A stretch of DNA of 64,000 nucleotides from Octopus bimaculoides (lineage: Eukaryota): assembly GCF_001194135.2 (NCBI RefSeq), contig NC_068981.1, forward strand, positions 78,853,547 through 78,917,546, in the 5' to 3' direction. Below, piece after piece: positions 11,423 through 23,692 of the stretch. The first letter of the stretch is position 1. Each line of letters begins with the position of its first letter. The notes under the pieces are model-generated. The model saw only the letters and a program-made list of their open reading frames with translations, made no database searches and had not been told where the DNA came from. A program made the translations under genes and the position numbers.

Positions 11423-14400
11423 TTGTTTGTTTATGAATTCTGCCAAATGCAAGCTTCCTTTTCAGGACAGAAAGACCGATTTTATGACACCGTCTTGGAG
11501 ACTACCTTGTTGACGAATGACAGGGACCTTCTCTTTGTGGCTGGTGACTTCAATGGACATGTTGGACAACATGCTGGAGGCTTCCAAGGCATACATGGAG
11601 GCTATGGTTTTGGTTCCCGCAATGAGGAGGGAACCAGGCTGTTGGAGTTCTGCAATGCAAATGACCTTCATCATCATCATCATCATCGTTTAACGTCCGC
11701 TTTCCATGCTAGCATGGGTTGGACGATTTGACTGAGGACTGGTGAAACCGGATGGCAACACCAGGCTCCAATCTAATTTGGCAGAGTTTCTACAGCTGGA
11801 TGCCCTTCCTAACGCCAACCACTCAGAGAGTGTAGTGGGTGCTTTTACGTTTGCAATATGAACTTCAGGAAATCTGCCAACCACCTAGTCACCAACCGAC
11901 CTGGTAGTCACACTAGTCAAATTGACTACATCCTTACCAGGAAAAGGGAAAGATGGCTACTTATAAATGCCAAAACATTCCCAGGCAAAGAATGTACCCC
12001 ACAACATAGACTAGTAGTTAGCGATTTCAGGATAAGGGCTAAATGGATGACCAGAATATGGAGGAGAGGGGTCTGGAAGCTTAAAAATCCTGCGAATGGA
12101 CAGAGATTCAGAGACATATTACTTTTGATGTAATAGAGAGGGATATAACATCACATGATGTGGAAGACAACTGGAGGTTTTTACGGGACAACTTACTGAG
12201 GGCCACGGACCAGATCTGTGGATGGTGCAAAGTCCCCTCTCGACTCAAGGTAACATAGTGGTGGAACAATGTTGTTGACAGGGACATTAGGGAAAAGAAA
12301 CAGGCTTGGAATGATTGGAAGAACAGTGGTAGCAGGGAATGGTACCAAACTGCCAGAAGGGAAGCTAGGAGACAAGTTTATTTAGCCGGAAGGGAAGCAG
12401 ATAAGAAAAAATTTGACAATGTTCTGCGCTAAGGACCAAAGACTTGAGGTATTTCGTGTTGCAAGACAGTGTGTGAGAGAGAATCGTGATATAGGAGAGG
12501 AATGTGTCTGCATGGATGATGGTTCACTTGCATTCAACGAAGCTGCAAAGAGAGAGGTATGGAGATGCCACTATGAAAGGTTGCTAAATAAAAAGAATGA
12601 ATGGGAGAGAGTCTGTCGAATGCCGACCCAACAGAGGGACCAGCTATCCGAATTGACAGTGCCTCGGTAGATAAAGCAATTAAGGGTATGAAGACAGGGA
12701 AAGCCCCCGGCCCATCAGGAATCACCGCAGAGATGTTCAAAATATTTGGCAATGTCGGCTATAGCCTAGTCACCCGTATAGTCAACCAGGTGGTACATAA
12801 AGAAGTCATACCCAATGACTGGTGTAGCAGCACCTTAGTCAACTGCTACAAAGGTAAAGGAGACGCATTAGATATAAATAATTACAGAGGTATCAAGCTG
12901 TTGGATCAGGTAATGAAAGTTATGGAGAGGATTGTAGCACAACTAATTAGGGAGAGAGTCAGTCTAGATGAGATGCAGTTTGGGTTTGTGCCAGGGAAAA
13001 ACACCATTGATGCTATATTTCTGGTAAGACAGCTGCAAGAGAAATATCTAGCCAAAGATAAACCTCTGTACCTGGCTTTCATTGACATGGAGAAAGCATT
13101 CGACAGGGTCCCTCGATCCCTTATCTGGTGGTCAATGAGGAAACTAGGGATAGATGAATGGTTAGTGAGAGCTGTGCAAGCCATGTACAGGGACACTGTC
13201 AGTAAGGTGAGGGTTGGCAACGAGTAGTGAAGAATTTCGGGTAGAGGTAGTGGTCCACCAAGGATCAGTCCTCAGCCCCCTCCTATTTATCATAGTCCTC
13301 CAGGCAATAACACAGGAATTCAAGACAGGATGCCTCTGGGAGCTCCTCTATGCTGATGACCTCGCTCTAACTGCTGAGTCACTATCAGAACTAGAGGGGA
13401 AGTTTCAGGTGTGGAAGCAAGGAGTAGAATCGAAGGGCCTTAGAGTCAACCTAGCTAAAACCAAACTCTTAATAAGACAGAAGGCAAACAAACCACAAAT
13501 CCTTTCAGGTAGATGGCCCTGCTTGATCTGTAGAAAAGGCGTAGGTAGAAACTCTATAAGATGTACCCAGTGTAAGCTATGGACACATAAGAGGTGCAGC
13601 AATATCAAAGGAAGGCTAACTAGGAAGATAGTTTTTGTATGTGGCAGATGCTCAGGAGCAATAAACACTGAAAATGTGCAGAGAACAACTTCTGCCACAT
13701 TCCGGGGATAAAAACTACAAGTAGTTGACAGCTTCTGTTACCTAGGGGACCAAGTCAGTAGCCGGGGTGGATACTCTGAAAGTGTAGCTGCTAGAATAGA
13801 AACAACCTGGCCAAAGTTCAGAGAGCTCCTACCTCTGCTGGTGACAAAGGGCCTCTCGATCAGAGTAAAAGGTAGACTGTGTGACACATGTGTATGAACA
13901 GCCATGCAACAAGGCAGTGAAACATGGGCCGTGACTGCTGAGGACATGTGTAAGCTTACAAGGAATGAAGCCAGTATGCTCCACTGGATGTGTAGTGTCA
14001 ATGTGCATACATGACAGAGTGTAAGCGCCTTGAGAGAAAAGTTGGACCTAAGAAGCATCAGATGTGGTGTATAAGAGAGACAACTGCATTGGTATGGTCA
14101 TGTGGTGAGAATGGATGAGGATAGCTGTGTGGAAAAGTGTCACATCCTAGCAGCTGAGGGAGCCTGTGGAAGAGGTAAACCCAGGAAGACCTGGGATGAG
14201 GTGGTGAAGCATGGCCTACTAACATTAGGCCTCACCAAAGCAATGACTAGTGACCGTGACCTTTGGAAAAATGTTGTGCTTGAGAAGCCAAGTGAGACCA
14301 TAACCCATGGCCTCTGCCAGTGGTGTAACCAGCCCACTTATGCGTACCTTTCTTTCATTGGACACTAAACTCTGCTTGCGAAGACCTGTTGAGGCAATGA

Positions 14401-14750
14401 AATCGAAATCGAATTCACTGACGTGGCTGATGACAGCATTTGTGCTAGTGGAATGTTAAGAGCACCATCCAAGTGAGATTGTTCCCAGGGTCGCTGACTG
14501 GCTCCTGTGCCAGTAGCACATGAAAAGCACCATTCGAGCATGATCATTACCAGCATCTTTTACTGGTACTTGTGCTGGTGGGACGTGAAGAACAACATTC
14601 GAGCAAGGTCATTGCCAGTGGTGCTGGACTGGCTCCTGTGCAGGCGGCACTTTAAAAAGAAACCATTCATGCATGACCATTGCAAGTAAAGCCTGACTGG
14701 CACGTAAAAGTGCCCACTACACTCTTGCAGTGGTTGGCGTTAGGAAGGGC
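11423..14750 (+). mobile_element. RTE-clade (BovB-like) LINE, inactivated: AP endonuclease, reverse transcriptase, C-terminal Cys-rich region and repeat-containing 3' UTR
   Basis: Endonuclease motifs VAGDFNGHVG, RNEEGTRLLEFC, SQIDYIL. RT motifs FIDMEKAFDRVP, HQGSVLSPLLF, LLYADDL (YADD 13349-13360). CLICRKGVGRNSIRCTQCKLWTHKRCS. Several frameshifts (for example near 13226) and stops. Confidence 0.93.
11668..11850 (-). mobile_element. 5'-truncated RTE-family 3' end inserted antisense in the endonuclease region of the LINE
   Basis: Reverse complement begins acgtaaaagcacccactacactct...gtggttggcgttaggaagggcat, matching 14702-14751, and ends gcggacgttaaac(gat)n. The endonuclease frame resumes on both sides. 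Confidence 0.85.
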
Positions 14751-15274
14751 ATATTATCATCCATCTGTTGGATGCCCTTCCTTTCATGAACCTTCACTTA
14801 ATTCCAAGCAAGGTAATATTTCTCCATGGTTATTTTTTGCAGAAGATTAGAAATAATCAATTCTTGTTTAACCAATCAAGCAATGTCAAAATGAGACACG
14901 CCCAAATCCACTCAACAAGGCTTTGGTAAGCTTGTGGCTATAGTAGAAGTCACTTGTTCAAGGTGTCACACAATGGGACTGAGCCCAAGACCACTGGTTG
15001 GGAAGAAAGCTTTTCAACCACCCATGCATACAATGTAAAATAATAAAAGTAAAGTCATGACGTAAAACAAAGAAAGATACCATTGAAGTATGTCAACTAC
15101 AATGGAAATGTTAGAACATATTTAAAAAATGAATTAATTTGGTATCATTTTCACATTAAAACTAAACTGAAGGCCCTCATTATTAATCAAAAGTTTTCCT
15201 AAGAGGGTCCAAGTGAACCAAATTGCAATGCTACAAACTAAATATGACTGGCCACTTGTTGATAATGTAATTGC

Positions 15275-15670
15275 AGGCGTGGCTGTGAGGTTGACAAATT
15301 TGCTTCCCAACCATGTGGTCATGAGTTCAGTCTCAAAGTGCAGCACATCAGGCATCTTCTACTATAGCCCCAGGTCAAACAAAGCAACATGTGTAGATTT
15401 GAACTTAGCCTGTCAAATATAAGTATGTGTGCACCCTTGTCTAGGTATCATATGATGGTTGTAAATGAGCATCACCATCATACAAATAAGGTTATTTGTT
15501 TCCAGTCTTCCATGAAGAACATGCCTAACTATGGGGAAAATATTACCTTGCTTGGAAACAGGTAAGGGCTGGTGACAGAAAGGGCACTCAGCCACAGAAA
15601 ATCTGCTTCAACGAATTCCATCTGACCCATGCAAGCATAGACCAGTGGACATTACATAAAAATGATGATA
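15275..15670 (+). mobile_element. tRNA/CORE-like SINE with RTE-type 3' tail (related copies near 14765-15030 minus, 22515-23170 plus, 43640-44050 minus)
   Basis: Head gcaggcgtggctgtgaggttgacaaatttgcttcccaacc; tail gacccatgcaagcat...tggacatt...aatgatgat resembles the RTE 3' end. Confidence 0.7.
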
Positions 15671-15848
15671 AACTTAGAACGCAGTTAAGAAAAATAATGC
15701 TGAGCTCCAAAAATATCAAGAACACCATGATGAAATTGAAACAAACTGCTTGGAACAACTACAATTTTTAGACTGTTTACCACTGGAGGATCTGCAGGTA
15801 GTATTACAATTGAAAAATATTCAACAGGTATATGCACAGAATACTTAC

Positions 15849-15954
15849 CTCTCATGAGTCACTGCCAAGAGACTGAGAGTTGCAATTCAGATAACTATTT
15901 GGACTATTTTCTTTTGGTGCAGCAAATACTACCTGTGTTTTTAAACTCGCTCTT
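15849..15954 (-). other. Candidate spliced exon (possibly a stop-containing last coding exon or a UTR exon)
   Basis: Perfect donor AG|GTAAGTAT and pyrimidine-rich acceptor ttttttccatttacaatag. All three frames contain a stop; the longest reads RASLKTQVVFAAPKENSPNSYLNCNSQSLGSDS*. Confidence 0.3.
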
Positions 15955-16219
15955 CTATTGTAAATGGAAAAAACATGACAAAATTTCGCAGAGAAAATAA
16001 AAAGCCTCAAACTGCACAAGTCCTAATTGTGAGGTACTCAAGAACCATCTTATACTAATTGCTGAGAAGCCATGCTTGGAGGTGTCATCATTATTTAACC
16101 TTTAGAGTTTGTGACAAAATACAAAATCCTTTAGAATCTGTTTCCACAACAAAGCTTACAGTACATTATCCCCTGTAACCTTTTCAGACTGCACAACACT
16201 AATTCATCCATGAGACAAA

Positions 16220-16259
<40 letters not shown>

Positions 16260-19200
16260 CGTGGAAAGACAGCAAGTGACATGAAACAAGGGAATGAAAT
16301 TAAGTTAGTGTAGCTAACAGTGGGATTATCAAAGAAATGCAGAGAGTTGCTGTGTTACAGAAGATCAATAAACAATTCACTGGAAAAACAAACAAAAACC
16401 ACAAGCAGAGAGAGAGAGATAGAGTATTAGAAAGAGAAAAAGATGGTGTGCACTATGAATGAGCTGAAATTTGATTTGGATGTTAGACTGAAGGTAATTT
16501 ACCAGCAGCATATAAATGTATTGATGAGAGAGAGAGAGAGGGAGGACGCCAGTATTAGAAAATGACAAGTAAAAGTGAAATTGAAATGAAGTAGTTTTTG
16601 TCCTGTAAAATATATCATTTTGTTTTTTAAATTTACTTTTAGTTTGATTTTTGGTTTTTGTTTTCACTGTTTGCTTGTAACAATAGCCAGTGTATGTGTA
16701 GATGCTATTGCAATAAAAGACTTTATTTTTATCTGTTCTTGCTAGGATGATACTAATTAACATAACAGTAATAAATGTAAATCTCTCAGCTAAGTACATT
16801 ATAGTGTGTTGTCACAACAACAAACAGAAAGAACTAAAAGAAGAAAATATAAATATTTGTGATGTTTGATGAAATCTCACTGGCAAAAGAGAATGAATGA
16901 ATGCATAGTAAATAAGCTATATGCAGGCAGAACCACACTGAAAACAACTAAAGAGAACGCCTATATAGAATTATATATATAATAGAAAACACACAATCAA
17001 CTCTTCAGTCATGCTTCATTAACAAAATGGTTCACAGATGAATGAAGTGAAATCTCATGGCAAAATTTCCTCTTGGACTTTAATGTCTCATTAGATTTCA
17101 TAAATAGTTATATCACTATGAAATTAAATTCTTCTATTGTCTTTCATTATATGAATTAGAGAATGGTAAATGTTATGGAAAAAAAAGGTAAACTTCCAGT
17201 GATCCTACTTCATATTTAGGTTTTGATTTCCAATTTGAGATTGGGTTCAAATCACTAATACCTGCCAATGGCCTTGAGAAACACATAAACATCTCACTAT
17301 CTTATCCAATTCTATTTGTAAATGTGCGTAATATTCCTAAAGAAGTAATCCTTATGTGAATTAACAATATAGACAATGCAAACAATAAAAAAACTCCCAT
17401 GAGGCTATTTTAAACCAGTTTTCCTTCTTTAATGATAGGTTATTTCAAATTCTGCTTGTGTCAAATTCAGAGAGAACATTAAACTAAATAAATAAATAGT
17501 GTACGTCAAAATTGTTTTTTCCCCTCTCAGCAATTCCACTGGTTTTTGACTCATTATTGTTTATAAAACTGGAATTAATATAAAACCATCAAATCATACA
17601 AAGACCATATATGAGCTAGAAACACTCAATATCAGGCTGTAAACATCTTGAAACTAATCCAACTTCTCACATTTGATTAAGCAACTATATATCTTGTAAT
17701 TAATATTTGAGTTACAAATGGGTCACAATTTTTTGACACAAAACCAGCAATTTTAGTCAACTGACCCCAATGCTCAATTGGCACATATTTCACTGACCCA
17801 GAAAGGATGAAAGTAAAGTCAACCTCTATGAAATCTGAACTCAGAAAATACAAAGCCGGAAGTGTTGTTGCTATGCATTTCTGTCCAATGCATAAATGAT
17901 TCTGCCAGCTCACCACCTTTGATCCAATCATAAAAATGCCCAATATTAACATGTTGATGATCCTCAAAGTGATACTTGCCACCAAACTCCACATTCTTGA
18001 AACAAAACAAAATATTAACAGAAAAGTATATAAAAATTCTTGAAAGAAATTAAAACTTAGAGAAGATGGAATAAGCCTACATTATTAGAATGGAAATATG
18101 AGATGAAAAAGTAGACTGAATTCAGGTACAAAAAAATTCAAGGTATTGATCAAGTATTGCTGGCAAAAAAATATGAAATACAGAACTCAGAAATAGTATG
18201 AAGATATATATAAGTCAATAAATTAGTGAATAAAATAATAAAATATATACTAGTCAATAAATGTTGTCAGAATGCCATCATTACCATCACTAAAGAAGTA
18301 ATTCCAAAATATTCAAAACTGCAAATTATTAGTGAACTAAAAATACTAGAGCATGTAAGTTTCAGCCCAAATCTGATAAAAGTCACAGTTGTGTAGGAGA
18401 GGGATATAATAGACAATACAATGCAATTATTTTATTTATAACACTGCTTCTGTATGTAAACTAGCAAGAAATAGTAAATTTCTTCTAAACTGATTGGGAA
18501 AATAGAAAATTATCAGGCTTAAGGATAAATTATTTACCTGAAAAATGTTCAAATATATATATAGATATATATAATTCTACAAAGTATCTTAAATATCACT
18601 ATTGTCAGTTCAAGCCAGCAAGTGAATATCTATGTGGTCACTCAACCTGTAGAAATTACAGTCAAAATTCCTGCAAGCCACATCCTATAGCCTTGAGAAG
18701 TACAAATATCTAAGTCCTCTAAAGTAAATGATTCTTGAATAAAATAGATGGTAACTTAGCAGTTCAGAATAATTACTAGGCTTACAAAGAATAAGTCCTG
18801 GGGTCGATTTGTTCAACTAAAGGCGGTGCTCCACCATGGCTGCAGTCAAATGACTGAAACAAGTAAAAGAATAAAAGGAATAGAGATCACTTGAATGTTT
18901 TTAGTTGTAGTTCTGCTCCATCAGAACTAATATGGGACTAAACACACAACAACAACAATCATCTTCATCACCATCATCAGTTTAACATATATTTTGCCAT
19001 ATTGCATGCAATACACTGGATATCACTCTACATGACAGTATATTGTCTATTACTTCTAACCAGAAGAATTTCATTGATGTAACTAGCACATGATCAAGTT
19101 GATTAGGCTATCATCTCCTAAGGCTGAATCATTATATTTTGGATCTAAGTAGCGTATTTAATTCTGCATATATCAGCCTACTTGGCTGTTTGGAATAGAG

Positions 19201-19330
19201 ACCATATCTTCCAAAAATAGTAGCTTTAATAGGCTGACATCCTATCCATGTAGGTAACTGCCTTATGCCATAAAACTTAAACTCAGCACTATATGGTAAG
19301 AAGGACATTTGTATTGATTACATTAAGATA

Positions 19331-19746
19331 TCTCTTTTACTCTTTTATTTGTTTCAGTCATTTGACTGCGGCCATGCTGGAGCACCGCCTTTAGTCGAGC
19401 AAATCGACCCCGGGACTTATTCTTTGTAAGCCTAGTACTTATTCTATCAGTCTCTTTTGCCGAACCGCTAAGTTACGGGGACATAAACACACCAGCATCG
19501 GTTGTCAAGCAATGCTAGGGGGACAAACACAGATACACAAACACACACACATATACATATATATATATATATATATATACATATATACGACGGTCTTCTT
19601 TCAGTTTCCGTCTACCAAATATACTCACAAGGCTTTGGTCGGCCCGAGGCTATAGTAGAAGACACTTGCCCAAGGTGCCACGCAGTGGGAATGAACCCAG
19701 AACCATGTGGTTGGTAAGCAAGCTACCTACCACACAGCCACTCCTG
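19331..19746 (-). mobile_element. Full-length tRNA-derived CORE-like SINE with internal (CA)/(TA) microsatellite and (GTAAAAGA)-like tail (family copies: 25183-25589 -, 28548-28856 -, 35168-35587 +, 49160-49629 -, 18772-18878 + fragment, older heads near 180-400, 3740-3975, 51700-51850)
   Basis: Minus strand reads caggagtggctgtgtggtaggtagcttgc (A-box-like), gggttcattcccactgcgtggcaccttgggcaagtgtcttc (B-box plus CORE-like), microsatellite, conserved 3' half, then tail. Copies are highly similar. Confidence 0.9.
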
Positions 19747-20149
19747 TTCATAATTAGTTCATGCATTATGACCTGCTACAAGTATAAATATCTAAAATAC
19801 ATCTCTACAACATATGACATTGCACCAACATGCCACAGCATCTGGTTGAAATAAGTAAAACTAAATACAATACAGATACACACACAGCGTTTATGATTTC
19901 ATGCTATGAGCAAGCAAGGTAAGCTCCACTCAATATAATTGACTGTCAACATTATTGATAATTACTACCAGAAAAGCTGCCAGAGAATGCTAATAGAACC
20001 CTTTGAGACTGTCCTTAAAGTTCACTGTGCTTCAAGAGAAAGAATTGTCCTAGGAAAATATGAAAAACACCCCCTCTCTCTCTCTCTTTCTCTCCAACCT
20101 TCTACAAGAGAGCAACAGGCTCTAAAATTATGTTTCTGCCTTACTGGAG

Positions 20150-20470
20150 TGGCACTCCAACGCTATGATAACAAGAGTTCTAGTTGATCCAATCAACATA
20201 ACAGCCTGCTTGTGAAGTTAACATACAAGAGACTGAGCACTCCACAGACATGCATACCTTTGACATAGTTCTCAGAGAGATTTAGTGTGACACAGAATGT
20301 GACATGGCTGGCCCTTTGAAATACAGGTACTACTCAATTTTGCTAGCTGAGTGAACTGGAACAACATGAAATAAAGTGTCTTGCTTAAGGACACAATGTG
20401 CCATCAAGAATCAAACTCATGACCTTACAATTGCAAACTGAATACCCAAACCACTAAGCCATGTGCTTTC
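20150..20470 (-). mobile_element. SINE with tRNA head, CORE-like segment and the same 3' body as the 60091 family (second copy 27061-27380 minus)
   Basis: Minus strand: gaaagcacatggcttagtgg...ccttaagcaagacactttatttc...aaattgagtagtacctgtatttcaaagggccagcc...ggagtgcc. Confidence 0.75.
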
Positions 20471-22625
20471 ACTAGTAGGAAACAACAAAGAAAACATCAA
20501 CACTTGAGTCTGCTTGTTTTTAATTCCACACCAATGTTGAATGTGGAAGTGATGGTCTGATTTGGTTATCATAAAAGAAACATCTGTTATAAGCAACATG
20601 CAAACAATTAGATTTGTTGTTGTTGTTTTTGTCAAACCTAATAGAAGAGAACTATGAAAAATGTATTCCATTCCTGACCATCCTTGTTTTCTTTTTTTAT
20701 ATATCTAGGACTACATTGTCCAAAGTGCACTTCCATTTTTAAAGATAGTATGGTTTGATTTAAGAGGATTTGACTGTCATTCCTAAGTATGTTGAGTGAC
20801 AGTACCCAGTGGAGATAATGATTTCTAATATGTGACCTTTAGTGCATTTGTAGAATGAGTGTAGTCAACTTAGTTGACTAGTACTTGATTGAAGCTTATT
20901 TTATTAACTCCTGACGAATAAAAGGCTAAGTCAAACCTACAGGGACTTGAACTCAGAACATAAAAGGACATAGCTAATTACTGACAGATATTTTCTGCAC
21001 CATACTAGCAATTCTACCGATGTTTTCATTATTTAGTCAATCAGATTAATATAAATATTATTTTCTCTTTCACTAACTACCCACCTTCTTCAATATATAA
21101 ACATTAGTTCATACATAATTAGTGTCCTTTTGGTAATGGTAATCTCCAGGTATGCTTATCTTACAACATTTATATTTGAATTCTAGTTAATCATTTCATC
21201 TAATGTATTTCATAGCTTCTCTCTGCTTCACTAATAATATCTCCTATCAGGTCTCAGCTAGTTTTTACTTGATACACATGAACTAGTCTAGTTATACTGC
21301 CCATATCAACATGACTAGTGGAATCTAATGCAATTAATTTTGCAGCATCCTATACACATCAAAAAGATTTCATGTTAAAAGTCATCTTCCACTAATGCTG
21401 CAAATCTTGGACCCTTGCTGCCAAAGTAAAAACTAAATCATGATTATTTATTAAATAAAGTCAATCCTATGTAAACAAAAAATCATTTGTTACTCTAAAA
21501 ATCAATGTTAACTCTCAGAGAAAGTATGTTTATATCTCTTAGCTGTAAATTACACCAATATTTTAAAAGAACTATTTACTCTATTACAAATAGACCATAT
21601 GCAATCTGTACACTAGGTAAAATCTCCAATACATCAGAAACATTTACTTGGAATGAAAATAATCACCTTTAACAAGAAATAATATGATATTTATGCACTA
21701 ATTTCCATATTATATTGCCAAATAGGAAGTAATACTGTCCTCAAGGGGGAACATATAATTCACACCATTTTATAGAGTCAAGAAAATAGACTTGGCAATC
21801 TGACACCAGAAGTAATAATTTTTGCAAATACATAGTTTAAATGTACAAAATTAAAGATTTCCAAAAATTGCTTTACTGAATTCTTTATACAAGCTGACGT
21901 AAGATTCTAGTCCAACACAAATTAATTTTTTAGACTCCATTGAATGTGTAACAAACACAAGGAAGTACAAGATAAAATTCCTGTTGAGTTAATGACCCAG
22001 TTTTCATACCTATTAATAGCTCTTTTACTCTTTCAAACATAATATATTTTTTCCGTGAACATGAGTGGTACAGTTTATGAAAATTACTCACTTGCACATT
22101 GTTGTAGTGTGGAGCAACTTAACGATACTAATCAATCATCAGCAAGTGTGGAACCTGTTGTGTTTCAAGCAGATAGATCAAAGCAAGCAGCACCTCACAC
22201 TATGGTTGACCACATTGTTATTAACCTAGTCCTGTTACCACTGGGTCATTTAACTTCAGTCAAAATCAATGATGATAATTGTATGGCGTTAGATTACAGG
22301 TTAGAAATAAATAGCAACCAAAACTAGTAGCAGGAGAAAATAGTAGGTGCTGAAACTTAAGATTAAAATAGTATATTACTATAGCCATAAATTCACACAA
22401 AAATACAACATATCCTCATAAAATGGTTATTCAACCATTTTACAGTTATATAATGAACAGCATCCATCAGTTAAAATATTTACACCAACAATGCACAGAT
22501 ATGGCTTTGCGATGAAGCCATGGCTGTATGGTTAAGAAGTTTGCTTCTCAATTATGGGTTCAGTCTCACTGTATGGCACCTTGGGCTAGTGTCTTCTATT
22601 ATAGCACCAAGCCTATCACAGCCTT

Positions 22626-23135
22626 GTGAGTGGATTTGTTAGAAGGAAACTGAAAGAAGTTGTGTGAGTGCACACGCATGCATGCCTTCTGGTCTTGATA
22701 TCATGTGGAAGTCATAAAACAAGTGTCACCATCATGCAAGTGTTGTCAGTACCAATCTTCTGCAAAAACATCCAGCCATGGAGAAATATTATCTTGCTTA
22801 TAAACAAGTGAAAGTTAGCAACATGAATGCCACCTAACCATAGAATATCTGCTTCAGTGAATTCTGTCTGATCCATGCAAGTGAGTGGATTTGATAGAAG
22901 GAAACTGAAAGAAGTTGTGTGAGTGCACACGCATGCATGCCTTCTGGTCTTGATATCATGTGGAAGTCATAAAACAAGTGTCACCATCATGCAAGTGTTG
23001 TCAGTACCAATCTTCTGCAAAAACATCCAGTCGTGGAGAAATATTATCTTGCTTATAAACAAGTGAAAGTTAGCAACATGAATGCCACCTGACCATAGAA
23101 TATCTGCTTCAGTGAATTCTGTCTGATCCATGCAA
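22626..23135 (+). repeat. Recent 255-bp tandem duplication inside an older SINE
   Basis: 22626-22880 and 22881-23135 are identical apart from about 4 substitutions counted by eye. Confidence 0.92.
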
Positions 23136-23333
23136 GTGTGGAAAAGTGAACATTAAAACAATGAAGATAACAATGATTATGATGAAGATTATCCAAATTT
23201 ACAAGAATCCAAATTTACAATTATCCAAATTTACAAGAAAGCATTCATGGTAGACTTTTAAAAATGGTTGTAGAATAATTCTTAACATATTATTTACATT
23301 CGACGGATATTTGTCCTCATCTTGTTTGTTGTT

Positions 23334-23379
23334 AACACAACGTTTCGGCTGATATACCCTCCAGCCTTCTTCGTGTGTC
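23334..23379 (-). ncRNA. Second (inverted) hammerhead copy; core CUGAAGA mutated to ACGAAGA, GAAAC-GUU intact
   Basis: Minus strand reads GACAC ACGAAGA A GGCTG GAGGGTATAT CAGCC GAAAC GTT GTGTT. Confidence 0.65.
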
Positions 23380-23451
23380 TTGGGGAAATTTCAAACCTGG
23401 GTTCTTATTGCTAAGGTATTTTTCAATATTGTTGTTGTTGTTCTTATTATT

Positions 23452-23495
<44 letters not shown>

Positions 23496-23646
23496 GCCCA
23501 CGAGCATATGACATAGTGGTTAAGAGCGTGGGCTACTAACCCCAAGATTCCGAGTTCAATTCCAAGCAGTGATCTGAACAATAATAATAATAATAACATC
23601 GAAAAATACCTTAGGAATGAGAACCCAGATTCGAAATTTCCCCCAA

Positions 23647-23692
23647 GACACCTGAAGAAGGCTGGAGGGTATATCAGCCGAAAGGTTGTGTT
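23647..23692 (+). ncRNA. Minimal type I hammerhead ribozyme (Penelope-type); this copy has C15.2->G
   Basis: GACAC (stem I), CTGAAGA core, extra A, stem II GGCTG/CAGCC with loop GAGGGTATAT, GAAA, G (C in the other arm), GTT cleavage triplet, GTGTT (stem I'). Confidence 0.75.

Noticed and set aside
16377-16799. 140-aa minus-strand ORF with a hydrophobic start
   Set aside because: Runs through low-complexity AT and (GA)n tracts, with no recognisable domain or splice support.
22055-22327. 90-aa plus-strand ORF, and a strong minus-strand donor (GTGAGT) near 22090
   Set aside because: No homology recognised; all minus-strand frames upstream of the donor hit stops within about 60 nt.
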